From a bacterium (GTDB lineage: Bacteria; DUMJ01), in the NCBI GenBank assembly GCA_049969715.1, contig JBMFOH010000023.1, positions 1-26,657 of the forward strand: a stretch of DNA of 26,657 nucleotides. The letters run 5' to 3'. Below the pieces are notes generated by a model. It searched no databases. It saw nothing but the letters and a program-made list of their open reading frames with translations, and had not been told where the DNA came from. Position numbers and translations under genes: made by a program. Positions within the stretch are counted from its first letter, which is position 1; the number at the start of each line of letters is the position of its first letter. Below are positions 16,734-26,590 of the stretch, in pieces.

Positions 16734-17915
16734 CTAAAATGGATTATTATTAAATGTATACGACCTCTCAAACACTCTACCAATCTCTTCTACTACCTTA
16801 GCGTCACCTAAAAGTTTTTTACGAATAAATGCCTCCTCTGGAGTAACATAGCCGGTGAATATCTGACTAAATGTCTGAATAGTACAACTTAATTCCCCTC
16901 TACTAACTTCATTCACTTCGATATTACCATTTCTTATCTCAACTGAAAAGCTTCTGTTATTCCATTCAGCATCACGATCAGAGATAGATATAGAAAAATG
17001 AATATTTATATCCTTCCTATAGGTCCTGTTTAATAATGCCTCTTTTACATCAACTACTCTAAACATCATCCCCGGAGAGACCTCTATCTTAATCCTTGGA
17101 TTAGGTAGGTCTAAATGGAGTCTTTCGTCAGGAGTAGTAGACCAAGATGCCTCTCTAATCTGAGCCTGATGGGCAAATATAAACCAAAATAATCCCTCTT
17201 TTGCCTCCTGATCTAGATATATCATCTCATAGATATTCATCTTACCTTCTTTTATGGAATATACTATATATCCCCTAGCCCTATTCTCGTTATTAAACCA
17301 GAGATACGCATACCTTGGATAATCTCTTCTATACGGGTCTTGTAAGACAAAGTCTCTCCATAGAAGTTCGTTACGAATAGCACAACAGTTATGTTTTTCC
17401 ACATATTCCATATATATGGCATCTAAAATAGATAGATCCTCTTCTCTGAATGGCTTTACTGTACCAACCTTCTTATTGAAACTAGAGAATTGCTCGATAG
17501 GGATTGTATAATTTATTCTTTCGAACCCTAACTCCCAACCATACTTTCTATAAAATTCATAGGAAAAAGGACCAAGCATAGAGACAAGTTGTCTTCGTTC
17601 CTTCATAATTTTCAATGAAGCTCTCAATAGTTCAGCCACCCTTCCTCCATGTCTACCTTCTGGCATAGAAGAAACAGTAGCAATTCCTCCCATACCAAAC
17701 GAAGCCCCATAGATATAGATATCAAAGGGTATAATGAATAGCATTGCAATTAATACATTAGATTCGTCATAGTACCCTAGGATTGCATCTTGAGGTATAT
17801 ACCTTTCCAGAAGCTCTTTAGCCTTAGATTTAACCTCGTTAAGCCATGGAAAGCAATACGTCATCAACTGAAGGACTCGATCATATTCTTCGTTCTTTAC
17901 TAATCTTATTCCCAT
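16734..17915 (-). CDS. Eis-like GNAT N-acetyltransferase with C-terminal SCP2-like domain
   Basis: About 393 aa. GNAT motif A is ...IATVSSMPEGRHGGRVAELLRASLKIMKE. A second GNAT-like central region and a C-terminal sterol-carrier-like tail follow. Length and three-part layout match the Eis (enhanced intracellular survival) architecture. Starts 14 nt downstream of the PHP gene stop. Confidence 0.65.
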   Translation of the reverse strand: MGIRLVKNEEYDRVLQLMTYCFPWLNEVKSKAKELLERYIPQDAILGYYDESNVLIAMLFIIPFDIYIYGASFGMGGIATVSSMPEGRHGGRVAELLRASLKIMKERRQLVSMLGPFSYEFYRKYGWELGFERINYTIPIEQFSSFNKKVGTVKPFREEDLSILDAIYMEYVEKHNCCAIRNELLWRDFVLQDPYRRDYPRYAYLWFNNENRARGYIVYSIKEGKMNIYEMIYLDQEAKEGLFWFIFAHQAQIREASWSTTPDERLHLDLPNPRIKIEVSPGMMFRVVDVKEALLNRTYRKDINIHFSISISDRDAEWNNRSFSVEIRNGNIEVNEVSRGELSCTIQTFSQIFTGYVTPEEAFIRKKLLGDAKVVEEIGRVFERSYTFNNNPF

Positions 17916-17929
17916 ATCTTCTCTCCTTT

Positions 17930-19195
17930 CTATCTCTGCCAGTATAGTTTGTAAAATTCCTCTAAATCTCTTTTATAGAACCCAGGCTCCTTATTATCCG
18001 CCTTTCCTGTTATATATCTTATCATAAATTTCCCTTCTTCTTCACATATCTTGTCATGAGTAGGAAAGATCTCTCTTATCAAAAATTGTGTAAAGAGAAC
18101 TAACCTTAGACTTCCATAGACCCTAGGTTCTCTCTGAGGAATTGCTTCTACCCCAACACTGTAACCTAACCTTATACTCTCTATAATATCTTTCAGTTCT
18201 AGAGTAGGAGAAAAGACTACAGTGTAGTACCAGCCAAAGAGACTTCCTGTTTCACAGCCATGGGCATCGGTAACTCCAACTACAGGGATACTCTTTCCTC
18301 TAGACCTTTCATAGTAAGAGACTATCTGTAAATTATTTGAAACTAACTCATGCATATGATATCCTCCTACTATCTCTACCGCATCAAAAGGCTCCTTATC
18401 ATAGAGAAGATTGAAAAGCCTTTCAGATATATAGTAACCTTCCTTAACTCGCCAGAAAGGATGAGCAAAAACACCAAGTCCTCCACCTTCTCTAATCTTA
18501 TCGAAACACCATATAGATGATGCCAATTGAGAACGTTCAGGTATATCAGGAATTTCTTTCTTTAGTTTCTCTTCTATCTCTGAGACCTCTCTATCGTACC
18601 CTTCTCTTTCCTTGTCGAATAATTCATTGATGCTAAAGCTACCACCAAAATTTACTATATGTAGAGGATTATTTGGTGGATGAACCTCTTCCCCCGGGAA
18701 TATCTTAAAACTTAGGTCTAAACCTTTAAAGGTTTCTATCGCTTCTATAGATGGGAAATATCTTCTGTGGTCTGTTATAGACAAAAAGTCTAACCCTATC
18801 TTTCTGGAGGAACTAGCCACATAGGCAGGAGATTCTATTCCATCCGAATAGTAGGTATGTATGTGCATATCCCCTTTATAGGGTGTCCTATACAATAGGT
18901 CTTCTTCTACAGAATAGAGGGAGAATGAAAACGTCCTACTACCTACTTCTATATAGATTATATGTTCCTGCTCTCCCTCAAAGAAACCTTCAATGTGAAA
19001 CTTATTTCCATCTCGTTTTAAGCTAATACTCTGATATTCATTCTTGCTAGGGTAGTTTACTGAATAGTGAGTAACTTTATACTCACCTTCAGGCAGATGC
19101 CAGCTAGAGAATTTCGGCTCTAATGTCACAACCGTCTTACTATTGGACCTTACTATCCTTGGATAGATCTTAAAATAATTATCCAGACTTATCAT
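17930..19195 (-). CDS. PHP-domain metal-dependent phosphoesterase with about 110-aa N-terminal extension
   Basis: PHP motifs YKGDMHIHTYYSDG and LSITDHRRY (H-x-H, D-H). Later His/Asp motifs VFAHPF, GYHMH and GVTDAHG. The preferred start is the internal Met giving MISLDNYF.... Its ATG (19195-19193) overlaps the MFS stop (19194-19192) as ATGA. The track ORF start at 19279 would overlap the MFS gene by 88 nt. Confidence 0.65.
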   Translation of the reverse strand: MISLDNYFKIYPRIVRSNSKTVVTLEPKFSSWHLPEGEYKVTHYSVNYPSKNEYQSISLKRDGNKFHIEGFFEGEQEHIIYIEVGSRTFSFSLYSVEEDLLYRTPYKGDMHIHTYYSDGIESPAYVASSSRKIGLDFLSITDHRRYFPSIEAIETFKGLDLSFKIFPGEEVHPPNNPLHIVNFGGSFSINELFDKEREGYDREVSEIEEKLKKEIPDIPERSQLASSIWCFDKIREGGGLGVFAHPFWRVKEGYYISERLFNLLYDKEPFDAVEIVGGYHMHELVSNNLQIVSYYERSRGKSIPVVGVTDAHGCETGSLFGWYYTVVFSPTLELKDIIESIRLGYSVGVEAIPQREPRVYGSLRLVLFTQFLIREIFPTHDKICEEEGKFMIRYITGKADNKEPGFYKRDLEEFYKLYWQR

Positions 19196-20370
19196 TTCTT
19201 GTTCCTCCTTTGCGTTAGATATACACTTAATATTCCTACTGCAGATAATATCCCCCATAAAAGAATAATTTTTTGCCATCCAAAACGGGTAGATACAATA
19301 CCAGTAATAACACTAGCCAGGGCTGAACCTACATATGAAGAAAAGTCAAGGAAACCTGCTACGGTAGATGTGCTATTATATCTTGCGAATCTCAAAGGGA
19401 TATTTGCCAATAAGAGGACATTTATCCCATAGAGAAGGGCAGAAGATACACCTATGAGAGCTATGGTTAGAAGGACATTAAATCCTAACAGGACAAATAG
19501 AAAACTGCATACTATTAGATTGGCGAGGTATAAAAGTCCTACTGATATTTCCTCCCTATTATTGTTTTTATAATTTATCCATCCAGCAGAAAATAATCCA
19601 AGTAAACCGAGAAATGGAATAAACAATGTAAATGATGGTACACTTTCTCCAAAGGTCTCTTTCAGGAGGGTTGGAGTCCAAAGTCCAATACTTTCTTTTA
19701 TTACCCCTTGAACCAAACAAGCAATACCTACTAAAAGTATGCTCAGAGTGAGAAGGCTTTTTATAGATAGATTTGTAAAATCTAAATCCTTTCCTCTAAC
19801 ATCCTCTTTTCTATCTGGGAGAAGCTTAATCCAACATATAGAAAATATTAACACCAGTACCCCCGGGATATAGAATACCAATCTCCAGTTTATATCCTTA
19901 ATTAATCTTCCTATAGGTCCCCAGTAGATTATGTAACCTATAAACATAGATGTAGAGATACCAATACCAATCTTATTATTATCTTCTCCTGAAAACCACA
20001 AACCTAACGTTCTTACGATTGGACCCCAAAGCATTGAGAGAAGAAAACCATTCATCCCCCAAAGAATGGTAAAGAGGACCCTGTTATTCATAGAACCTAA
20101 TGTTATATTTATTAATGAGGAGAAGAATAGGGAGATAAATATAAATATCTTGGAATTTACTCTATCTCCAATGTATCCGTTTATAAGCTGACCAAAAGCA
20201 TAGGACCAGAAGAATAGACTTCCTATTAAACCTATAAAAGCCTTGTCCCACCCTAAATCTCTAATAAGATTTGGAATTATTATTGACAGGTTCGTTCTAC
20301 AAAGATAAGCTCCTGCATAGGCACACCAGGAGAGAATAAAAACCCTTTTTTGTAAAGGCATTGTCCCCAT
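19192..20370 (-). CDS. MFS transporter (12-TM; organo-anion / sugar-phosphate-like subfamily uncertain)
   Basis: Twelve hydrophobic segments. MFS-like loop motifs GYIGDRVNSK (the G-x-x-x-D-R/K-x-G-R-K-like signature between TM2 and TM3). Length 392 aa. Confidence 0.75.
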   Translation of the reverse strand: MGTMPLQKRVFILSWCAYAGAYLCRTNLSIIIPNLIRDLGWDKAFIGLIGSLFFWSYAFGQLINGYIGDRVNSKIFIFISLFFSSLINITLGSMNNRVLFTILWGMNGFLLSMLWGPIVRTLGLWFSGEDNNKIGIGISTSMFIGYIIYWGPIGRLIKDINWRLVFYIPGVLVLIFSICWIKLLPDRKEDVRGKDLDFTNLSIKSLLTLSILLVGIACLVQGVIKESIGLWTPTLLKETFGESVPSFTLFIPFLGLLGLFSAGWINYKNNNREEISVGLLYLANLIVCSFLFVLLGFNVLLTIALIGVSSALLYGINVLLLANIPLRFARYNSTSTVAGFLDFSSYVGSALASVITGIVSTRFGWQKIILLWGILSAVGILSVYLTQRRNKK

Positions 20371-20379
20371 AATTTTAAG

Positions 20380-21438
20380 CTATCTCAAGGGTACCAAAGC
20401 CTCAGGAGGAATAGAAAAATTTATCTTCTCTCCCTCTCTAGGGATATCTACAGTTCTCTGGTTAAAAATATCTATATATAGATTGTAAGAGTTCCATTCT
20501 ACTAGAAGCTTTATTATTGAACCTGCAAAAATAACCTTTGTTACCTTGCCTTCAAATGTATTTATCTCCTTTTCTCCATACGATAAAATCCTTATATTTT
20601 CAGGTCTAAACATAAAATCTAGCTCTCTATTTTCGGCTAAAAGATGAGAAACGGCAACTTTAATTTTTGCATTATTCAATTCTATAATACCCTCATTATA
20701 GTCTATTACCTTCCCCTTTATAAGATTTAACTGACCAACGAAATTTGCCACAAAACCAGTTACTGGTGTATTGTAAATTTCTAAAGGGGTACCTATCTGC
20801 TCTATCTTACCACGATTCATCACTATTACAAAATCTGACATAGATAAAGCTTCTTCTTGATCATGAGTCACATATACTGTAGTTATCTTGAGTTTTCTTT
20901 GTAATTCTCTAATCTCCTCTCTCAAAGCAACTCTAATCTTGGCATCCAAGGCACTCAAGGGCTCATCTAAAAGTAATACATCTGGCTCTATTGCTAAAGC
21001 TCTCGCTAAAGCCACCCTCTGTTGCTGTCCTCCACTAAGCTGATATGGATAGTGATTTTTTACTCCTGTAAGTTTAATAAGCTCCAGAAGAGTTTCTACC
21101 CGCTCTTTAATAATCTTTGACGGCATTCTTCTTACTTTTAGCCCATAAGCAATGTTATCGTATGCAGTAAGATTAGGGAATAATGCATAAGATTGGAAAA
21201 CCATACCTATATTTCGTTTATTTGGCGGTAAAAAGGTAATATCTATCCCATTTAGAAATATTTTCCCTTCATCAGGTAATTCAAAACCTGCTATCATCCT
21301 TAATGTAGTAGTCTTTCCACAACCGCTAGGTCCTAGAAGAGAAATAAATTCTCCCTTTCTTATGCTAAAAGTTATATGGTCCACTGCAGCCAAGTCACCA
21401 AACTTTTTTGAAATAGATTCTACACTTAGATAGAACAT
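20380..21438 (-). CDS. ABC transporter ATP-binding protein with C-terminal TOBE-like domain (PotA/FbpC/MalK type)
   Basis: Walker A LLGPSGCGKTT. Q-loop. Signature LSGGQQQRVALARAL. Walker B LLLDEPLSALD. H-loop YVTHDQ. About 110-aa C-terminal beta-rich regulatory domain. Ends 9 nt upstream of the MFS start. Confidence 0.9.
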   Translation of the reverse strand: MFYLSVESISKKFGDLAAVDHITFSIRKGEFISLLGPSGCGKTTTLRMIAGFELPDEGKIFLNGIDITFLPPNKRNIGMVFQSYALFPNLTAYDNIAYGLKVRRMPSKIIKERVETLLELIKLTGVKNHYPYQLSGGQQQRVALARALAIEPDVLLLDEPLSALDAKIRVALREEIRELQRKLKITTVYVTHDQEEALSMSDFVIVMNRGKIEQIGTPLEIYNTPVTGFVANFVGQLNLIKGKVIDYNEGIIELNNAKIKVAVSHLLAENRELDFMFRPENIRILSYGEKEINTFEGKVTKVIFAGSIIKLLVEWNSYNLYIDIFNQRTVDIPREGEKINFSIPPEALVPLR

Positions 21439-21452
21439 TTATCTCCCCCTCG

Positions 21453-22277
21453 CTACTTTAGTATAGGAATTTCTTTCTTTTCTCCCACGATTCCTCGAAC
21501 TATTCTTATTACAACAAAAGAAGCTATAGTAACCATTATAAAATATACCACTGTTAGAACACTAGCAATATGTCCTTCTGTGTTCATTGCTGTATATAAA
21601 TAAACTTGAAGTGTCTTAAATCTTGCCCCTAATAATAGATTTACTAGAGTAAACTCTCCTAAAAGTCCAGCGAACGTCAATAAACTTGCATTGATGATTC
21701 CTGGAGTGATGTTTGGTATTATTACTCTGAAGAATGTCTCTATCATACCTGCACCCAAACTCTGTGAAGCCTCTGTGAGGCTTTTAACATCTATACTTTG
21801 TAGGCTATTACTTATTACAAAATACATAGAGGGAAGACCTACTGAAACATAAGAGAAGAGAAGTATATATATTGTTCCTGCTATAGGAATGGGGGGTTTT
21901 GAATATATCTGTATTAAACCAAGAGCAAGTATAACCCCTGGCAACACATAGGGGAAAAGCGTAAAAAATCTTACGAAAGGTTCCAACAAGTTTAGACTAC
22001 ATCTAACTATATAAGCAGTTGGTAGTATTATAATAAGTCCAACAATAACACTTATAGAGCTTATAAGCATAGACCTTCCGATAGAGATTAGTAAATCCCT
22101 ATTGGTAAGAGATTGGAAATACCACTTGAGGGTATAAGAGTTCGGAAGAGGGCTACCTACCTCCCAACTATCAGATACACTAAAGATTAATATGGCTAAG
22201 ATTGGCAAGATTAAATATACAACGAAGAAAAGTAGTATTATCTTTTCTAAAACGTTAGTTCTTTTCACTTTTGCCAT
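21453..22277 (-). CDS. ABC transporter permease (PotC-like)
   Basis: Six TM segments. BPD_transp_1-type EAA region ...SQSLGAGMIETFFRVIIPNITPGII.... Overlaps the upstream permease by 13 nt. Confidence 0.85.
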   Translation of the reverse strand: MAKVKRTNVLEKIILLFFVVYLILPILAILIFSVSDSWEVGSPLPNSYTLKWYFQSLTNRDLLISIGRSMLISSISVIVGLIIILPTAYIVRCSLNLLEPFVRFFTLFPYVLPGVILALGLIQIYSKPPIPIAGTIYILLFSYVSVGLPSMYFVISNSLQSIDVKSLTEASQSLGAGMIETFFRVIIPNITPGIINASLLTFAGLLGEFTLVNLLLGARFKTLQVYLYTAMNTEGHIASVLTVVYFIMVTIASFVVIRIVRGIVGEKKEIPILK

Positions 22278-23131
22278 AATTGTGCCCTTCTATTCATCCT
22301 TAAATTTACTATTAACGACAGAATAAGTAAAAGGCCTAAAACTACCGCTAATGCATCAGCCTTTCCATAATCGGGATTTACCTCACTAGTAAGAAAATGG
22401 GCCAATCTCAATGTTATTATATTAAACGTTCCATTAGTTAAAGCCTGAGGGGTGACGTAGGCTCCAAGAGCATTGGCAAAAAGTATCACAAATGTCGCTA
22501 CAATCCCAGGGGTTAGCACAGGGATCCCTACAGTTTTCCAAAAGTACCACTCCGATGCCCCCAGGCTAAGAGAAGCTTCTCTCCACTCCTTTTTAATAGC
22601 AAAGAATGATGGATAAATAAGTAATGTAGCTAATGGGATCTGAAAGTAAAGATAAGCTATAGATATACCTACAATAGAGTAGAGAGAGAAACCTTCATAT
22701 ATATTAATTCCTAATTGTTTTAAAATAAATGTAGTAATAATTCCATTTGTTCCAAGTAAAATAATATACCCAAAGGCTAAGGGGACCCCGGCAAAATTAG
22801 ATGTGACATTTGTAAAGATAAGAAGCAGATTTTTAGTTCTTTCACTTATTTTAAATAAGGCATACGACGTAAGGATGCCAATAACAAGTCCAGCAATACT
22901 AGATATCAAAGAAATATTTAAACTATTTAGGATAGAGATTTGATAGTATCTCCTAGTGAGAACCGCATAATAGTTAGAAAGACCAACAAATCTACCATCC
23001 ATATCGATAAAACTACCTCTGATAAGATTTACTGCTGGAAGCAGAAGAAACATAAAAGAGATGATAAAGAAGGGGGATATCAATATAATACTCATTAGGT
23101 TATTTTCTAGATATCGTATGCCTCTTTTCAT
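22265..23131 (-). CDS. ABC transporter permease (PotB-like)
   Basis: Six TM segments. EAA region ...ASLSLGASEWYFWKTVGIPVLTPGIV.... Confidence 0.85.
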   Translation of the reverse strand: MKRGIRYLENNLMSIILISPFFIISFMFLLLPAVNLIRGSFIDMDGRFVGLSNYYAVLTRRYYQISILNSLNISLISSIAGLVIGILTSYALFKISERTKNLLLIFTNVTSNFAGVPLAFGYIILLGTNGIITTFILKQLGINIYEGFSLYSIVGISIAYLYFQIPLATLLIYPSFFAIKKEWREASLSLGASEWYFWKTVGIPVLTPGIVATFVILFANALGAYVTPQALTNGTFNIITLRLAHFLTSEVNPDYGKADALAVVLGLLLILSLIVNLRMNRRAQLWQK

Positions 23132-23136
23132 ATTTT

Positions 23137-24264
23137 TTACTTAGAAAGAACCTCCTCTTCCCAAAGATCAGGTATCTTCTTGGAAGTTTCTGTCCATGTG
23201 TCCCAGTCTTTTATCGCTCTGGCATTTTTATACGAAGCTCTTGTAGGAAGTTGTGAGGCTATTTCCTTTGGAATTATAACCTTTCTAATAGGGCTCGCTC
23301 CACTTTTAGCATACATTATCTGTGCCTCATTACTAAAAAGAAACTCATTAAAGAGCCTTGCAGTATAAGGATGTGGCGCATATTTATTAATTATAGCTAC
23401 ATAAGCCCCTATAGCAGTTCCATCCCTTGGAATAATTACCTCTAGAGGCACACCTAAGGTCCTCTTATACTCTAAAGCCCTAAAGTCCCAAGTTATAGCT
23501 ATGGGAGCTTCTCCACGCTGTATATTACCAGGGTTAGTTTCTACTGGTTTCAAATTACCAATGGATTTAAGTTTTGCAAAGAACTCTATACCTGGCATTA
23601 TATTCTTTTCGTCTCCTCCATTTGCAAAAGCTGCTGCCAGAAGAGTATACTGTCCTTGTGCTCCCTGTCTTGGATCATCCATACATACCTGTAACTTATA
23701 TTCAGGCTTTAAAAGGTCTTTAAAAGACTTTGGAGGATTTTTTACTATGTCAGTTCTTACTAAGAATGCTATAGTTCCAAAATATTCCGTACACCAATAT
23801 CCATTTCCCTCTTTAGCCCAATCTGGAATTTCATTCCATCTAGAATTCTTAAACGGTGCCAAAACCCCCATCTTTATACCAACGCTACCAAACGCAATTC
23901 CTATATCCCCTACATCAGCTATTGGTTTGTCTTTCTCTGCTGCAAATTTATTCAACTCTTCCATACTTCCCATATCTGTATCTTCATGGGTAAGACCATA
24001 CTTAGCACAGAAAGCTTTCCAGATTTCCCCCAGATTCGCCCAGTCATCTGGCATCCCATAGCTCACTATTTTCCCCTCTGCCTTTGCTAATTTAGCCATT
24101 TCTATCTCTGTTATCCTTGTCCCATCGTTGTATTCAAAATATAACTTACCCCCAACTCTTACCACTCTTACAATATCATTTCCTGTTCTCACAGAAGCTG
24201 CCCACACTGAAGTAACAAAAAGACTCAAAATCAAAACCAAACAAATCACAGTAACTCTTTTCAT
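23137..24264 (-). CDS. ABC transporter periplasmic/extracellular solute-binding protein (PotD/AfuA/PhnS-like, family 1)
   Basis: Signal peptide MKRVTVICLVLILSLFVTSVWA. About 375 aa, typical of polyamine, iron(III) and 2-aminoethylphosphonate-type SBPs. First gene of the operon, with RBS AAGGAGGAA. Confidence 0.75.
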   Translation of the reverse strand: MKRVTVICLVLILSLFVTSVWAASVRTGNDIVRVVRVGGKLYFEYNDGTRITEIEMAKLAKAEGKIVSYGMPDDWANLGEIWKAFCAKYGLTHEDTDMGSMEELNKFAAEKDKPIADVGDIGIAFGSVGIKMGVLAPFKNSRWNEIPDWAKEGNGYWCTEYFGTIAFLVRTDIVKNPPKSFKDLLKPEYKLQVCMDDPRQGAQGQYTLLAAAFANGGDEKNIMPGIEFFAKLKSIGNLKPVETNPGNIQRGEAPIAITWDFRALEYKRTLGVPLEVIIPRDGTAIGAYVAIINKYAPHPYTARLFNEFLFSNEAQIMYAKSGASPIRKVIIPKEIASQLPTRASYKNARAIKDWDTWTETSKKIPDLWEEEVLSK

Positions 24265-24358
24265 AAGAATTCCTCCTTTTTTTATAGTTTTATAATTCTA
24301 GGATTTAAAATATGAGACTTATAATTTTCTCCCAATTCATCACCTCCTAACGTTTTTA

Positions 24359-25120
24359 TTAAAACTTTCTACCAAGATTTTCGTAGCTTATCCCTCCATC
24401 CTTTGTAAAGATCTCTGAAGCAAACTTGCATTTGTCACCTCTATACAGGTCCTTGGCATATTCAACAATAATATTCTCTTTAGTAAAGGTAACCCTCTCT
24501 AGGAGTAAAAGGGGTGTTCCAGGCAAGATATTTAGAATTTTTGCCTCGGATTCATTTGCTACTGTAGGCTCTATAGATTCCTCCGCCCTAAAAATCTCTA
24601 TATTAAACCTCTCTTTTAAAAGAAGATATATAGAACCCTCTAGATTATAATTCTCTATACCAGGGCAGTACTTGTATGGATGAAAGGAATTCTCGATTGC
24701 TAAAGGTACTTCATTTGCTGTGCGGACTCTTATTAGATGATAGATCTTCTCCCCAATACTAAGATTCATTCTCTCTGCTAGTTTCTTATTGGCATTCAAG
24801 GTTTCAATCTTTATAAGTTTAGCTCCTGGCTTTATTCCTTGACTAAGCATACTGTCAGTAAAACCTAGGAGAAAACTCCTGGTATAAAATATCTTTGGTT
24901 CAGATACAAAGGTCCCCTTTCCCCAGATTCTAAACAGTATCCCTTCGTCTATTAGTGTTTCTATAGCTCTTCTAATAGTAGCTCTATTCACCCCATACTC
25001 GATAGCGAGATCTCTTTCTGAAGGTAACCTAGCTCCAAGAGGTATCTCCCCTTCTTTTATTCGTTGTTCGATATTATCTTTTATTGCAAGGTAAATAGCA
25101 CCTCTAGTTTTTTTAACCAT
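24359..25120 (-). CDS. GntR-family transcriptional regulator, HutC subfamily (HTH + UTRA effector domain)
   Basis: N-terminal GntR HTH ...LPSERDLAIEYGVNRATIRRAIETLIDEGILFRIWGKGTFV. C-terminal roughly 150 aa of UTRA-like fold. Length 253 aa, typical of HutC/PhnF/NagR/DasR. Confidence 0.85.
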   Translation of the reverse strand: MVKKTRGAIYLAIKDNIEQRIKEGEIPLGARLPSERDLAIEYGVNRATIRRAIETLIDEGILFRIWGKGTFVSEPKIFYTRSFLLGFTDSMLSQGIKPGAKLIKIETLNANKKLAERMNLSIGEKIYHLIRVRTANEVPLAIENSFHPYKYCPGIENYNLEGSIYLLLKERFNIEIFRAEESIEPTVANESEAKILNILPGTPLLLLERVTFTKENIIVEYAKDLYRGDKCKFASEIFTKDGGISYENLGRKF

Positions 25121-25234
25121 AATTGGTATATACCTCTATACCTCTTAATAAATTAAAACATACTTCTCTCTAGAAGTCAAGCCTGTGTATTCCGAAATCT
25201 CGGCGTCTTACAAAAGCTCTGACAGACTTAACAT

Positions 25235-26590
25235 CTAATTATAACTATTTTCTATCTGAATTTCTATGATCTCTAAAGGGAGGTCTCCTAGATTCTTTAC
25301 CCTATGGATATCACAGACTGGTATTACTAAGCTTTCTCCTTCCTTTAATCGATATCTTTTATCTTGAGACTCTAGTTCTCCTATCCCTCTCATCACTAAC
25401 CAGCATTCCATTCTTTCTCTATGGGAATCTGATTCTAGGAAACTTCCTGGTTCTATGAGTAACCTCTTAACCTTGTAGCCATCCCCATCTTCTATAGTTT
25501 TATGCTTACCCCAAATCTCAAATATCTCTGTATGATTTACTATTTCTTCTCTCTCTTGTGCCTTCAGTCTTTCTATCAAATCCTTAATCTCTTGACCATT
25601 CCCTCTTTTAGTTATTAGTACTGCATCATCTGTCTCTATAACTATAATGTCTTCTACCCCTACTGTAGCTACTAGTCTACTGTTACTAAATATTAATGAA
25701 TTCTTCGTATATAAGGGACATACATCTCCTATTATTACATTCCCATCTTTATCCTTCTCTCTAATCTCGTATAGAGCATCCCAAGACCCTATATCACTCC
25801 AGAAGATATTAAACAACGGGATCACAACTACCCTGTTAGATTTTTCCATAATTCCATAATCTATAGAGATAGAAGGCATACTATGGAAGTTCTCAAGTGC
25901 ATTCTCATAGCCACTAGAGATAATCTTATAAATCCCTGGCTGATATATCTTTAGTTCCTCTAAGAATGTAGATATCTTAAAAGCAAATATCCCTGAATTC
26001 CAAAGATATACCCCTTCTCTTATGTAATTTTTAGCCATATCAAAACTTGGTTTTTCTACAAATCTATCCACTACATGATACTCGCCTTTTTTCTCTCCCA
26101 CTTTTATATATCCATATCCTGTTTCTGGTCTAGTTGGCTTTATTCCAAATATTACCAGATAGTCATCTTTTGCTATCCTTTTCCCTATGCTCATATATCT
26201 AATAAACTCTTCTACAGGGGTTATAAAATGGTCGGAGGGGAAAACAAAAACCACTTCATCTAAATCACTATTCATTCTTTCTATAACATACTGACAGGCT
26301 ATAGCAATACTTGGTGTAGTATTCTTCCCCACCGGCTCACAAATGATATTCTCTTCCATATTTTTTGAAAACCTTGAGCATATATGTTTTACATATAGGT
26401 AGTAATCTCTATTAGTAACAGAAATTATATCTTTTGGATCTACTAAATTTAACACCCTTTCGTATGTAGATTCTAACAGTCTTTTCCCATCTACTAGTTT
26501 CAGAAATTGCTTCGAATACCTCTCTCTAGAAAGAGGCCATAATCTAGTTCCTTTTCCTCCAGCTAATACAAGTGCCTTCAGACTCTTCAA
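25235..26590 (-). CDS. manC: Mannose-1-phosphate guanylyltransferase (GDP-mannose pyrophosphorylase) with C-terminal cupin/type-II PMI-like domain
   Basis: N-terminal nucleotidyltransferase motif ALVLAGGKGTRLWPLSRERYSKQFL. The C-terminal ...GSFLESDSHRERMECWLVMRGIGEL...IPVCDIHRVKNLG is a cupin beta-barrel. Length 451 aa matches ManC/CpsB/XanB. Confidence 0.8.
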   Translation of the reverse strand: MKSLKALVLAGGKGTRLWPLSRERYSKQFLKLVDGKRLLESTYERVLNLVDPKDIISVTNRDYYLYVKHICSRFSKNMEENIICEPVGKNTTPSIAIACQYVIERMNSDLDEVVFVFPSDHFITPVEEFIRYMSIGKRIAKDDYLVIFGIKPTRPETGYGYIKVGEKKGEYHVVDRFVEKPSFDMAKNYIREGVYLWNSGIFAFKISTFLEELKIYQPGIYKIISSGYENALENFHSMPSISIDYGIMEKSNRVVVIPLFNIFWSDIGSWDALYEIREKDKDGNVIIGDVCPLYTKNSLIFSNSRLVATVGVEDIIVIETDDAVLITKRGNGQEIKDLIERLKAQEREEIVNHTEIFEIWGKHKTIEDGDGYKVKRLLIEPGSFLESDSHRERMECWLVMRGIGELESQDKRYRLKEGESLVIPVCDIHRVKNLGDLPLEIIEIQIENSYN

